From the human T2T-CHM13v2.0 reference genome, Homo sapiens, in assembly GCF_009914755.1 (NCBI RefSeq), contig NC_060925.1: a stretch of 64,000 nucleotides of DNA; one strand, 5' to 3'. Position numbers and translations under genes: made by a program. Of this stretch, positions 14,601-30,785 are shown piece by piece; within the stretch, counting starts at the first letter, position 1, and each line of letters starts with the position of its first letter. Under the pieces are notes generated by a model. The model was not told where the DNA came from, ran no database searches, and saw only the letters and a list, made by a program, of their open reading frames with translations.

Positions 14601-15740
14601 TCGAAGAGAATCATCGAATGGACCCGAATGGAATCATCTAATGGAATGGAATGGAATAATCCATGGACTCGAATGCAATCATCATCGAATGGAATCGAAT
14701 GGAATCATCGAATGGACTCGAATGGAATAATCATTGAACGGAATCGAATGGAATCATCATCGGATGGAAATGAATGGAATCATCATCGAATGGAATCGAA
14801 TAGAATTATGGAATGAAATCCAGTGTGATCATCATCGAATGGACCCGAATGGAATCATCATCCAACGGAAGCTAATGGAATCAACATCGAATGAATCGAA
14901 TGGAAACACCATCGAATTGAAACGAATGGAATTATCATGAAATTGAAATGGATGGACTCATCATCGAATGGATTCGAATGGAATCATCGAATAAAATTGA
15001 TTGAAATCATCATCGAATGGAATCGAATGGTATCATTGAATGGAATCGAATGGAATCATCATCAGATGGAAATGAATGGAATCGTCATAGAATGGAATCG
15101 AATGGATTCATTGAATGGAATCAGATGGAATCATCGAATGGACTGGAATGGAATCATTGAATGGACTCAAAAGGGATCATGATTGAATGGAATTGAATGG
15201 AATCATCGAATGGTCTCGATTGGAATCATTATCAAATGGAATCGAATGGAATCACCGAATAGAATCGAATGGAACAATCATCGAATGGACTCAAATGGAA
15301 TTATCCTCAAATGGAATCGAATGGAATTATCGAATGCAATCGAATGGAATTATCGAATGCAATCGAATAGAATCATCGAAAGGACTCGAATGGAATCATC
15401 GATTGGAATGGAATGGAACAGTCAATGAACTCGAATGGAATCATCATTGAATGGAATCGAATGGAATCATCGAGTGGAATCGAATGGAATTATGATCAAA
15501 TGGAATCGAATGTATTCATCATCAAATGGAATCAAAAGTAACCATCATCAATTGGTATTGAATGGAATTGTCATCAAATGGAATTCAAAGGAATCATCAT
15601 CAAATGGAACCGAATGGAATCCTCATTGAATGGAAATGAAAGGGGTCATCATCTAATGGAATCGCATGGAATCATCATCAAATGGAATCGAATGGAATCA
15701 TCATCAAATGGAATCTAATGGAATCATTGAACAGAATTGA

Positions 15741-17048
15741 ATGGAATCGTCATCGAATGAATTGAATGCAATCATCGAATGGTCTCGAATGGAATCATCT
15801 TCTAATGGAAAGGAATGGAATCATCGCATAGAATCGAATGGAATTATCATCGAATGGAATCGAATGGTATCAACACCAAACGGAAAAAAACGGAATTATC
15901 GAATGGAATCGAAGAGAATCTTCGAACGGACGCGAATGGAATCATCTAATGGAATGGAATGGAATAATCCATGGACTCGAATGCAATCATCATCGAATGG
16001 AATGGAATGGAATCATCGAATGGACTCGAATGGAATAATCATTGAACGGAATCGAATGGAATCATCATCGGATGGAAATGAATGGAATCATCATCGAATG
16101 GAATCGAATAGAATTATGGAATGAAATCCAGTGTGATCATCATCGAATGGACCCGAATGGAATCATCATCCAACGGAAGCTAATGGAATCAACATCGAAT
16201 GAATCGAATGGAAACACCATCGAATTGAAACGAATGGAATTATCATGAAATTGAAATGGATGGACTCATCATCGAATGGATTCGAATGGAATCATCGAAT
16301 AAAATTGATTGAAATCATCATCGAATGGAATCGAATGGTATCATTGAATGGAATCGAATGGAATCATCATCAGATGGAAATGAATGGAATCGTCATAGAA
16401 TGGAATCGAATGGATTCATTGAATGGAATCAGATGGAATCATCGAATGGACTGGAATGGAATCATTGAATGGACTCGAAAGGGATCATGATTGAATGGAA
16501 TTGAATGGAATCATCGAATGGTCTCGATTGGAATCATTACCAAATGGAATCGAATGGAATCACCGAATAGAATCGAATGGAACAATCATCGAATGGACTC
16601 AAATGGAATTATCCTCAAATGGAATCGAATGGAATTATCGAATGCAATCGAATGGAATTATCGAATGCAATCGAATAGAATCATCGAAAGGACTCGAATG
16701 GAATCATCGAATGGAATGGAATGGAACAGTCAATGAACTCGAATGGAATCATCATTGAATGGAATCGAATGGAATCATCGAGTGGAATCGAATGGAATTA
16801 TGATCAAATGGAATCGAATGTAATCATCATCAAATGGAATCAAAAATAACCATCATCAATTGGTATTGAATGGAATTGTCATCAAATGGAATTCAAAGGA
16901 ATCATCATCAAATGGAACCGAATGGAATCCTCATTGAATGGAAATGAAAGGGGTCATCATCTAATGGAATCGCATGGAATCATCATCAAATGGAATCGAA
17001 TGGAATCATCATCAAATGGAATCTAATGGAATCATTGAACAGAATTGA
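15741..17048 (+). repeat. 1,308-bp variant unit (A/B hybrid, -468 bp only)
   Basis: Anchor spacing 1308. Two 23-mers, no CACCATCG marker; carries GGACGCGAA. Confidence 0.93.
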
Positions 17049-20000
17049 ATGGAATCGTCATCGAATGAATTGAATGCAATCATCGAATGGTCTCGAATGG
17101 AATCATCTTCTAATGGAAAGGAATGGAATCATCGCATAGAATCGAATGGAATTATCATCGAATGGAATCGAATGGTATCAACACCAAACGGAAAAAAACG
17201 GAATTATCGAATGGAATCGAAGAGAATCTTCGAACGGACCCGAATGGAATCATCTAATGGAATGGAATGGAATAATCCATGGACTCGAATGCAATCATCA
17301 TCGAATGGAATGGAATGGAATCATCGAATGGACTCGAATGGAATAATCATTGAACGGAATCGAATGGAATCATCATCGGATGGAAACGAATGGAATCATC
17401 ATCGAATGGAAATGAAAGGAGTCATCATCTAATGGAATTGCATGGAATCATCATAAAATGGAATCGAATGGAATCAACATCAAATGGAATCAAATGGAAT
17501 CATTGAACGGAATTGAATGGAATCGTCATCGAATGAATTGACTGCAATCATCGAATGTTCTCGAATGGAATCAACTTCAAATGGAATGGAATGGAATCAT
17601 CGCATAGAATCGAATGGAATTATCATCGAATGGAATCGAATGGAATCAACATCAAACGGAAAAAAACGGAATTATCGAATGGAATCGAAGAGAATCATCG
17701 AATGGACCCGAATGGAATCATCTAATGGAATGGAATGGAATAATCCATGGACTCGAATGCAATCATCATCGAATGGAATCGAATGGAATCATCGAATGGA
17801 CTCGAATGGAATAATCATTGAACGGAATCGAATGGAATCATCATCGGATGGAAATGAATGGAATCATCATCGAATGGAATCGAATAGAATTATGGAATGA
17901 AATCCAGTGTGATCATCATCGAATGGACCCGAATGGAATCATCATCCAACGGAAGCTAATGGAATCAACATCGAATGAATCGAATGGAAACACCATCGAA
18001 TTGAAACGAATGGAATTATCATGAAATTGAAATGGATGGACTCATCATCGAATGGATTCGAATGGAATCATCGAATAAAATTGATTGAAATCATCATCGA
18101 ATGGAATCGAATGGTATCATTGAATGGAATCGAATGGAATCATCATCAGATGGAAATGAATGGAATCGTCATAGAATGGAATCGAATGGATTCATTGAAT
18201 GGAATCAGATGGAATCATCGAATGGACTGGAATGGAATCATTGAATGGACTCGAAAGGGATCATGATTGAATGGAATTGAATGGAATCATCGAATGGTCT
18301 CGATTGGAATCATTATCAAATGGAATCGAATGGAATCACCGAATAGAATCGAATGGAACAATCATCGAATGGACTCAAATGGAATTATCCTCAAATGGAA
18401 TCGAATGGAATTATCGAATGCAATCGAATGGAATTATCGAATGCAATCGAATAGAATCATCGAAAGGACTCGAATGGAATCATCGAATGGAATGGAATGG
18501 AACAGTCAATGAACTCGAATGGAATCATCATTGAATGGAATCGAATGGAATCATCGAGTGGAATCGAATGGAATTATGATCAAATGGAATCGAATGTATT
18601 CATCATCAAATGGAATCAAAAGTAACCATCATCAATTGGTATTGAATGGAATTGTCATCAAATGGAATTCAAAGGAATCATCATCAAATGGAACCGAATG
18701 GAATCCTCATTGAATGGAAATGAAAGGGGTCATCATCTAATGGAATCGCATGGAATCATCATCAAATGGAATCGAATGGAATCATCATCAAATGGAATCT
18801 AATGGAATCATTGAACAGAATTGAATGGAATCGTCATCGAATGAATTGAATGCAATCATCGAATGGTCTCGAATGGAATCATCTTCTAATGGAAAGGAAT
18901 GGAATCATCGCATAGAATCGAATGGAATTATCATCGAATGGAATCGAATGGTATCAACACCAAACGGAAAAAAACGGAATTATCGAATGGAATCGAAGAG
19001 AATCTTCGAACGGACGCGAATGGAATCATCTAATGGAATGGAATGGAATAATCCATGGACTCGAATGCAATCATCATCGAATGGAATGGAATGGAATCAT
19101 CGAATGGACTCGAATGGAATAATCATTGAACGGAATCGAATGGAATCATCATCGGATGGAAACGAATGGAATCATCATCGAATGGAAATGAAAGGAGTCA
19201 TCATCTAATGGAATTGCATGGAATCATCATAAAATGGAATCGAATGGAATCAACATCAAATGGAATCAAATGGAATCATTGAACGGAATTGAATGGAATC
19301 GTCATCGAATGAATTGACTGCAATCATCGAATGTTCTCGAATGGAATCATCTTCAAATGAAATGGAATGGAATCATCGCATAGAATCGAATGGAATTATC
19401 ATCGAATGGAATCGAATGGAATCAACATCAAACGGAAAAAAACGAAATTATCGTATGGAATCGAAGAGAATCATCGAATGGACCCGAATGGAATCATCTA
19501 ATGGAATGGAATGGAATAATCCATGGACTCGAATGCAATCATCATCGAATGAAATCGAATGGAATCATCGAATGGACTCGAATGGAATAATCATTGAACG
19601 GAATCGAATGGAATCATCATCGGATGGAAATGAATGGAATCATCATCGAATGGAATCGAATAGAATTATGGAATGAAATCCAGTGTGATCATCATCGAAT
19701 GGACCCGAATGGAATCATCATCCAACGGAAGCTAATGGAATCAACATCGAATGAATCGAATGGAAACACCATCGAATTGAAACGAATGGAATTATCATGA
19801 AATTGAAATGGATGGACTCATCATCGAATGGATTCGAATGGAATCATCGAATAAAATTGATTGAAATCATCATCGAATGGAATCGAATGGTATCATTGAA
19901 TGGAATCGAATGGAATCATCATCAGATGGAAATGAATGGAATCGTCATAGAATGGAATCGAATGGATTCATTGAATGGAATCAGATGGAATCATCGAATG

Positions 20001-20600
20001 GACTGGAATGGAATCATTGAATGGACTCGAAAGGGATCATGATTGAATGGAATTGAATGGAATCATCGAATGGTCTCGATTGGAATCATTTTCAAATGGA
20101 ATCGAATGGAATCACCGAATAGAATCGAATGGAACAATCATCGAATGGACTCAAATGGAATTATCCTCAAATGGAATCGAATTCAATTATCGAATGCAAT
20201 CGAATGGAATTATCGAATGCAATCGAATAGAATCATCGAAAGGACTCGAATGGAATCATCGAATGGAATGGAATGGAACAGTCAATGAACTCGAATGGAA
20301 TCATCATTGAATGGAATCGAATGGAATCATCGAGTGGAATCGAATGGAATTATGATCAAATGGAATCGAATGTAATCATCATCAAATGGAATCAAAAATA
20401 ACCATCATCAATTGGTATTGAATGGAATTGTCATCAAATGGAATTCAAAGGAATCATCATCAAATGGAACCGAATGGAATCCTCATTGAATGGAAATGAA
20501 AGGGGTCATCATCTAATGGAATCGCATGGAATCATCATCAAATGGAATCGAATGGAATCATCATCAAATGGAATCTAATGGAATCATTGAACAGAATTGA

Positions 20601-21931
20601 ATGGAATCGTCATCGAATGAATTGAATGCAATCATCGAATGGTCTCGAATGGAATCATCTTCTAATGGAAAGGAATGGAATCATCGCATAGAATCGAATG
20701 GAATTATCATCGAATGGAATCGAATGGTATCAACACCAAACGGAAAAAAACGGAATTATCGAATGGAATCGAAGAGAATCTTCGAACGGACCCGAATGGA
20801 ATCATCTAATGGAATGGAATGGAATAATCCATGGACTCGAATGCAATCACCATCGAATGGAATCGAATGGAATCATCGAATGGACTCGAATGGAATAATC
20901 ATTGAACGGAATCGAATGGAATCATCATCGGATGGAAATGAATGGAATCATCATCGAATGGAATCGAATAGAATTATGGAATGAAATCCAGTGTGATCAT
21001 CATCGAATGGACCCGAATGGAATCATCATCCAACGGAAGCTAATGGAATCAACATCGAATGAATCGAATGGAAACACCATCGAATTGAAACGAATGGAAT
21101 TATCATGAAATTGAAATGGATGGACTCATCATCGAATGGATTCGAATGGAATCATCGAATAAAATTGATTGAAATCATCATCAAATGGAATCGAATGGTA
21201 TCATTGAATGGAATCGAATGGAATCATCATCAGATGGAAATGAATGGAATCGTCATAGAATGGAATCGAATGGATTCATTGAATGGAATCAGATGGAATC
21301 ATCGAATGGACTGGAATGGAATCATTGAATGGACTCGAAAGGCATCATTATTGAATGGAATTGAATGGAATCATCGAATGGTCTCGATTGGAATCATTAC
21401 CAAATGGAATCGAATGGAATCACCGAATAGAATCGAATGGAACAATCATCGAATGGACTCAAATGGAATTATCCTCCAATGGAATCGAATGGAATTATCG
21501 AATGCAATCGAATGGAATTATCGAATGCAATCGAATGGAATTATCGAATGCAATCGAATAGAATCATCGAATGGACTCGAATGGAATCATCGAATGGAAT
21601 GGAATGGAACAGTCAATGAACTCGAATGGAATCATCATTGAATGGAATCGAATGGAATCATCGAGTGGAATCGAATGGAATTATGATCAAATGGAATCGA
21701 ATGTAATCATCATCAAATGGAATCAAAAATAACCATCATCAATTGGTATTGAATGGAATTGTCATCAAATGGAATTCAAAGGAATCATCATCAAATGGAA
21801 CCGAATGGAATCCTCATTGAATGGAAATGAAAGGGGTCATCATCTAATGGAATCGCATGGAATCATCATCAAATGGAATCGAATGGAATCATCATCAAAT
21901 GGAATCTAATGGAATCATTGAACAGAATTGA
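20601..21931 (+). repeat. 1,331-bp variant unit
   Basis: Same hybrid structure; CACCATCG near 20848, GGCATCATT at 21341, three 23-mers. Confidence 0.92.
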
Positions 21932-23707
21932 ATGGAATCGTCATCGAATGAATTGACTGCAATCATCCAATGGTCTCGAATGGAATCATCTTCTAATGGA
22001 AAGGAATGGAATCATCGCATAGAATCGAATGGAATTATCATCGAATGGAATTGAATGGTATCAACACCAAACGGAAAAAAACGGAATTATCGAATGGAAT
22101 CGAAGAGAATCTTCGAACGGACCCGAATGGAATCATCTAATGGAATGGAATGGAATAATCCATGGACTCGAATGCAATCATCATCGAATGGAATCGAATG
22201 GAGTCATCGAATGGACTCGAATGGAATAATCATTGAACGGAATCGAATGGAATCATCATCGGATGGAAACGAATGGAATCATCATCGAATGGAAATGAAA
22301 GGAGTCATCATCTAATGGAATTGCATGGAATCATCATAAAATGCAATCGAATGGAATCAACATCAAATGGAATCAAATGGAATCATTGAACGGAATTGAA
22401 TGGAATCGTCATCGAATGAATTGACTGCAATCATCGAATGGTCTCGAATGGAATCATCTTCAAATGGAATGGAATGGAATCATCGCATAGAATCGAATGG
22501 AATTATCATCGAATGGAATCGAATGGAATCAACATCAAACGGAAAAAAACGGAATTATCGAATGGAATCGAAGAGAATCATCGAATGGACCCGAATGGAA
22601 TCATCTAATGGAATGGAATGGAATAATCCATGGACTCGAATGCAATCATCATCGAATGGAATCGAATGGAATCATCGAATGGACTCGAATGGAATAATCA
22701 TTGAACGGAATCGAATGGAATCATCATCGGATGGAAATGAATGGAATCATCATCGAATGGAATCGAATAGAATTATGGAATGAAATCCAGTGTGATCATC
22801 ATCGAATGGACCCGAATGGAATCATCATCCAACGGAAGCTAATGGAATCAACATCGAATGAATCGAATGGAAACACCATCGAATTGAAACGAATGGAATT
22901 ATCATGAAATTGAAATGGATGGACTCATCATCGAATGGATTCGAATGGAATCATCGAATAAAATTGATTGAAATCATCATCCAATGGAATCGAATGGTAT
23001 CATTGAATGGAAACGAATGGAATCATCATCAGATGGAAATGAATGGAATCGTCATAGAATGGAATCGAATGGATTCATTGAATGGAATCAGATGGAATCA
23101 TCGAATGGACTGGAATGGAATCATTGAATGGACTCGAAAGGGATCATTATTGAATGGAATTGAATGGAATCATCGAATGGTCTCGATTGGAATCATTATC
23201 AAATGGAATCGAATGGAATCACCGAATAGAATCGAATGGAACAATCATCGAATGGACTCAAATGGAATTATCCTCCAATGGAATCGAATGGAATTATCGA
23301 ATGCAATCGAATGGAATTATCGAATGCAATCGAATAGAATCATCGAAAGGACTCGAATGGAATCATCGAATGGAATGGAATGGAACAGTCAATGAACTCG
23401 AATGGAATCATCATTGAATGGAATCGAATGGAATCATCGAGTGGAATCGAATGGAATTATGATCAAATGGAATCGAATGTAATCATCATCAAATGGAATC
23501 AAAAATAACCATCATCAATTGGTATTGAATGGAATTGTCATCAAATGGAATTCAAAGGAATCATCATCAAATGGAACCGAATGGAATCCTCATTGAATGG
23601 AAATGAAAGGGGTCATCATCTAATGGAATCGCATGGAATCATCATCAAATGGAATCGAATGGAATCATCATCAAATGGAATCTAATGGAATCATTGAACA
23701 GAATTGA

Positions 23708-25457
23708 ATGGAATCGTCATCGAATGAATTGAATGCAATCATCGAATGGTCTCGAATGGAATCATCTTCTAATGGAAAGGAATGGAATCATCGCATAGAA
23801 TCGAATGGAATTATCATCGAATGGAATCGAATGGTATCAACACCAAACGGAAAAAAACGGAATTATCGAATGGAATCGAAGAGAATCTTCGAACGGACCC
23901 GAATGGAATCATCTAATGGAATGGAATGGAATAATCCATGGACTCGAATGCAATCATCATCGAATAGAATCGAATGGAATCATCGAATGGACTCGAATGG
24001 AATAATCATTGAACGGAATCGAATGGAATCATCATCGGATGGAAATGAATGGAATCATCATCGAATGGAAATGAAAGGAGTCATCATCTAATGGAATTGC
24101 ATGGAATCATTATAAAATGGAATCGAATGGAATCAACATCAAATGGAATCAAATGGAATCATTGAACGGAATTGAATGGAATCGTCATCGAATGAATTGA
24201 CTGCAATCATCGAATGGTCTCGAATGGAATCATCTTCAAATGGAATGGAATGGAATCATCGCATAGAATCGAATGGAATTATCATCGAATGGAATCGAAT
24301 GGAATCAACATCAAACGGAAAAAAACGGAATTATCGAATGGAATCGAAGAGAATCATCGAATGGACCCGAATGGAATCATCTAATGGAATGGAATGGAAT
24401 AATCCATGGACTCGAATGCAATCATCATCGAATGGAATCGAATGGAATCATCGAATGGACTCGAATGGAATAATCATTGAACGGAATCGAATGGAATCAT
24501 CATCGGATGGAAATGAATGGAATCATCATCGAATGGAATCGAATAGAATTATGGAATGAAATCCAGTGTGATCATCATCGAATGGACCCGAATGGAATCA
24601 TCATCCAACGGAAGCTAATGGAATCAACATCGAATGAATCGAATGGAAACACCATCGAATTGAAACGAATGGAATTATCATGAAATTGAAATGGATGGAC
24701 TCATCATCGAATGGATTCGAATGGAATCATCGAATAAAATTGATTGAAATCATCATCCAATGGAATCGAATGGTATCATTGAATGGAATCGAATGGAATC
24801 ATCATCAGATGGAAATGAATGGAATCGTCATAGAATGGAATCGAATGGATTCATTGAATGGAATCAGATGGAATCATCGAATGGACTGGAATGGAATCAT
24901 TGAATGGACTCGAAAGGGATCATTATTGAATGGAATTGAATGGAATCATCGAATGGTCTCGATTGGAATCATTACCAAATGGAATCGAATGGAATCACCG
25001 AATAGAATCGAATGGAACAATCATCGAATGGACTCAAATGGAATTATCCTCAAATGGAATCGAATGGAATTATCGAATGCAATCGAATGGAATTATCGAA
25101 TGCAATCGAATAGAATCATCGAATGGACTCGAATGGAATCATCGAATGGAATGGAATGGAACAGTCAATGAACTCGAATGGAATCATCATTGAATGGAAT
25201 CGAATGGAATCATCGAGTGGAATCGAATGTAATCATCATCAAATGGAATCAAAAATAACCATCATCAATTGGTATTGAATGGAATTGTCATCAAATGGAA
25301 TTCAAAGGAATCATCATCAAATGGAACCGAATGGAATCCTCATTGAATGGAAATGAAAGGGGTCATCATCTAATGGAATCGCATGGAATCATCATCAAAT
25401 GGAATCGAATGGAATCATCATCAAATGGAATCTAATGGAATCATTGAACAGAATTGA
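23708..25457 (+). repeat. 1,750-bp variant unit (26-bp deletion)
   Basis: GAGTGGAATCGAATGTAATC near 25215-25234 lacks GAATTATGATCAAATGGAATCGAATG. Confidence 0.92.
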
Positions 25458-28400
25458 ATGGAATCGTCATCGAATGAATTGAATGCAATCATCGAATGGT
25501 CTCGAATGGAATCATCTTCTAATGGAAAGGAATGGAATCATCGCATAGAATCGAATGGAATTATCATCGAATGGAATCAAATGGTATCAACACCAAACGG
25601 AAAAAAACGGAATTATCGAATGGAATCGAAGAGAATCTTCGAACGGACCCGAATGGAATCATCTAATGGAATGGAATGGAATAATCCATGGACTCGAATG
25701 CAATCATCATCGAATGGAATGGAATGGAATCTTCGAATGGACTCGAATGGAATAATCATTGAACGGAATCGAATGGAATCATCATCGAATGGAAACGAAT
25801 GGAATCATCATCGAATGGAAATGAAAGGAGTCATCATCTAATGGAATTGCATGGAATCATCATAAAATGGAATCGAATGGAATCAACATCAAATGGAATC
25901 AAATGGAATCATTGAACGGAATTGAATGGAATCGTCATCGAATGAATTGACTGCAATCATCCAATGGTCTCGAATGGAATCATCTTCAAATGGAATGGAA
26001 TGGAATCATCGCATAGAATCGAATGGAATTATCATCGAATGGAATCGAATGGAATCAACATCAAACGGAAAAAAACGGAATTATCGAATGGAATCGAAGA
26101 GAATCATCGAATGGACCCGAATGGAATCATCTAATGGAATGGAATGGAATAATCCATGGACTCGAATGCAATCATCATCGAATGGAATCGAATGGAATCA
26201 TCGAATGGACTCGAATGGAATAATCATTGAACGGAATCGAATGGAATCATCATCGGATGGAAATGAATGGAATCATCATCGAATGGAATCGAATAGAATT
26301 ATGGAATGAAATCCAGTGTGATCATCATCGAATGGACCCGAATGGAATCATCATCCAACGGAAGCTAATGGAATCAACATCGAATGAATCGAATGGAAAC
26401 ACCATCGAATTGAAACGAATGGAATTATCATGAAATTGAAATGGATGGACTCATCATCGAATGGATTCGAATGGAATCATCGAATAAAATTGATTGAAAT
26501 CATCATCCAATGGAATCGAATGGTATCATTGAATGGAAACGAATGGAATCATCATCAGATGGAAATGAATGGAATCGTCATAGAATGGAATCGAATGGAT
26601 TCATTGAATGGAATCAGATGGAATCATCGAATGGACTGGAATGGAATCATTGAATGGACTCGAAAGGGATCATGATTGAATGGAATTGAATGGAATCATC
26701 GAATGGTCTCGATTGGAATCATTATCAAATGGAATCGAATGGAATCACCGAATAGAATCGAATGGAACAATCATCGAATGGACTCAAATGGAATTATCCT
26801 CCAATGGAATCGAATGGAATTATCGAATGCAATCGAATGGAATTATCGAATGCAATCGAATAGAATCATCGAATGGACTCGAATGGAATCATCGAATGGA
26901 ATGGAATGGAACAGTCAATGAACTCGAATGGAATCATCATTGAATGGAATCGAATGGAATCATCGAGTGGAATCGAATGGAATTATGATCAAATGGAATC
27001 GAATGTAATCATCATCAAATGGAATCAAAAATAACCATCATCAATTGGTATTGAATGGAATTGTCATCAAATGGAATTCAAAGGAATCATCATCAAATGG
27101 AACCGAATGGAATCCTCATTGAATGGAAATGAAAGGGGTCATCATCTAATGGAATCGCATGGAATCATCATCAAATGGAATCGAATGGAATCATCATCAA
27201 ATGGAATCTAATGGAATCATTGAACAGAATTGAATGGAATCGTCATCGAATGAATTGAATGCAATCATCGAATGGTCTCGAATGGAATCATCTTCTAATG
27301 GAAAGGAATGGAATCATCGCATAGAATCGAATGGAATTATCATCGAATGGAATCGAATGGTATCAACACCAAACGGAAAAAAACGGAATTATCGAATGGA
27401 ATCGAAGAGAATCTTCGAACGGACCCGAATGGAATCATCTAATGGAATGGAATGGAATAATCCATGGACTCGAATGCAATCATCATCGAATGGAATGGAA
27501 TGGAATCATCGAATGGACTCGAATGGAATAATCATTGAACGGAATCGAATGGAATCATCATCGGATGGAAACGAATGGAATCATCATCGAATGGAAATGA
27601 AAGGAGTCATCATCTAATGGAATTGCATGGAATCATCATAAAATGGAATCGAATGGAATCAACATCAAATGGAATCAAATGGAATCATTGAACGGAATTG
27701 AATGGAATCGTCATCGAATGAATTGACTGCAATCATCGAATGGTCTCGAATGGAATCATCTTCAAATGGAATGGAATGGAATCATCGCATAGAATCGAAT
27801 GGAATTATCATCGAATGGAATCGAATGGAATCAACATCAAACGGAAAAAAACGGAATTATCGAATGGAATCGAAGAGAATCATCGAATGGACCCGAATGG
27901 AATCATCTAATGGAATGGAATGGAATAATCCATGGACTCGAATGCAATCATCATCGAATGGAATCGAATGGAATCATCGAATGGACTCGAATGGAATAAT
28001 CATTGAACGGAATCGAATGGAATCATCATCGGATGGAAATGAATGGAATCATCATCGAATGGAATCGAATAGAATTATGGAATGAAATCCAGTGTGATCA
28101 TCATCGAATGGACCCGAATGGAATCATCATCCAACGGAAGCTAATGGAATCAACATCGAATGAATCGAATGGAAACACCATCGAATTGAAACGAATGGAA
28201 TTATCATGAAATTGAAATGGATGGACTCATCATCGAATGGATTCGAATGGAATCATCGAATAAAATTGATTGAAATCATCATCGAATGGAATCGAATGGT
28301 ATCATTGAATGGAATCGAATGGAATCATCATCAGATGGAAATGAATGGAATCGTCATAGAATGGAATCGAATGGATTCATTGAATGGAATCAGATGGAAT

Positions 28401-30785
28401 CATCGAATGGACTGGAATGGAATCATTGAATGGACTCGAAAGGGATCATGATTGAATGGAATTGAATGGAATCATCGAATGGTCTCGATTGGAATCATTA
28501 TCAAATGGAATCGAATGGAATCACCGAATAGAATCGAATGGAACAATCATCGAATGGACTCAAATGGAATTATCCTCAAATGGAATCGAATGGAATTATC
28601 GAATGCAATCGAATGGAATTATCGAATGCAATCGAATAGAATCATCGAAAGGACTCGAATGGAATCATCGAATGGAATGGAATGGAACAGTCAATGAACT
28701 CGAATGGAATCATCATTGAATGGAATCGAATGGAATCATCGAGTGGAATCGAATGGAATTATGATCAAATGGAATCGAATGTATTCATCATCAAATGGAA
28801 TCAAAAATAACCATCATCAATTGGTATTGAATGGAATTGTCATCAAATGGAATTCAAAGGAATCATCATCAAATGGAACCGAATGGAATCCTCATTGAAT
28901 GGAAATGAAAGGGGTCATCATCTAATGGAATCGCATGGAATCATCATCAAATGGAATCGAATGGAATCATCATCAAATGGAATCTAATGGAATCATTGAA
29001 CAGAATTGAATGGAATCGTCATCGAATGAATTGAATGCAATCATCGAATGGTCTCGAATGGAATCATCTTCTAATGGAAAGGAATGGAATCATCGCATAG
29101 AATCGAATGGAATTATCATCGAATGGAATCGAATGGTATCAACACCAAACGGAAAAAAACGGAATTATCGAATGGAATCGAAGAGAATCTTCGAACGGAC
29201 GCGAATGGAATCATCTAATGGAATGGAATGGAATAATCCATGGACTCGAATGCAATCATCATCGAATGGAATGGAATGGAATCATCGAATGGACTCGAAT
29301 GGAATAATCATTGAACGGAATCGAATGGAATCATCATCGGATGGAAACGAATGGAATCATCATCGAATGGAAATGAAAGGAGTCATCATCTAATGGAATT
29401 GCATGGAATCATCATAAAATGGAATCGAATGGAATCAACATCAAATGGAATCAAATGGAATCATTGAACGGAATTGAATGGAATCGTCATCGAATGAATT
29501 GACTGCAATCATCGAATGTTCTCGAATGGAATCATCTTCAAATGAAATGGAATGGAATCATCGCATAGAATCGAATGGAATTATCATCGAATGGAATCGA
29601 ATGGAATCAACATCAAACGGAAAAAAACGGAATTATCGTATGGAATCGAAGAGAATCATCGAATGGACCCGAATGGAATCATCTAATGGAATGGAATGGA
29701 ATAATCCATGGACTCGAATGCAATCATCATCGAATGAAATCGAATGGAATCATCGAATGGACTCGAATGGAATAATCATTGAACGGAATCGAATGGAATC
29801 ATCATCGGATGGAAATGAATGGAATCATCATCGAATGGAATCGAATAGAATTATGGAATGAAATCCAGTGTGATCATCATCGAATGGACCCGAATGGAAT
29901 CATCATCCAACGGAAGCTAATGGAATCAACATCGAATGAATCGAATGGAAACACCATCGAATTGAAACGAATGGAATTATCATGAAATTGAAATGGATGG
30001 ACTCATCATCGAATGGATTCGAATGGAATCATCGAATAAAATTGATTGAAATCATCATCGAATGGAATCGAATGGTATCATTGAATGGAATCGAATGGAA
30101 TCATCATCAGATGGAAATGAATGGAATCGTCATAGAATGGAATCGAATGGATTCATTGAATGGAATCAGATGGAATCATCGAATGGACTGGAATGGAATC
30201 ATTGAATGGACTCGAAAGGGATCATGATTGAATGGAATTGAATGGAATCATCGAATGGTCTCGATTGGAATCATTATCAAATGGAATCGAATGGAATCAC
30301 CGAATAGAATCGAATGGAACAATCATCGAATGGACTCAAATGGAATTATCCTCAAATGGAATCGAATTCAATTATCGAATGCAATCGAATGGAATTATCG
30401 AATGCAATCGAATAGAATCATCGAAAGGACTCGAATGGAATCATCGAATGGAATGGAATGGAACAGTCAATGAACTCGAATGGAATCATCATTGAATGGA
30501 ATCGAATGGAATCATCGAGTGGAATCGAATGGAATTATGATCAAATGGAATCGAATGTAATCATCATCAAATGGAATCAAAAATAACCATCATCAATTGG
30601 TATTGAATGGAATTGTCATCAAATGGAATTCAAAGGAATCATCATCAAATGGAACCGAATGGAATCCTCATTGAATGGAAATGAAAGGGGTCATCATCTA
30701 ATGGAATCGCATGGAATCATCATCAAATGGAATCGAATGGAATCATCATCAAATGGAATCTAATGGAATCATTGAACAGAATTGA

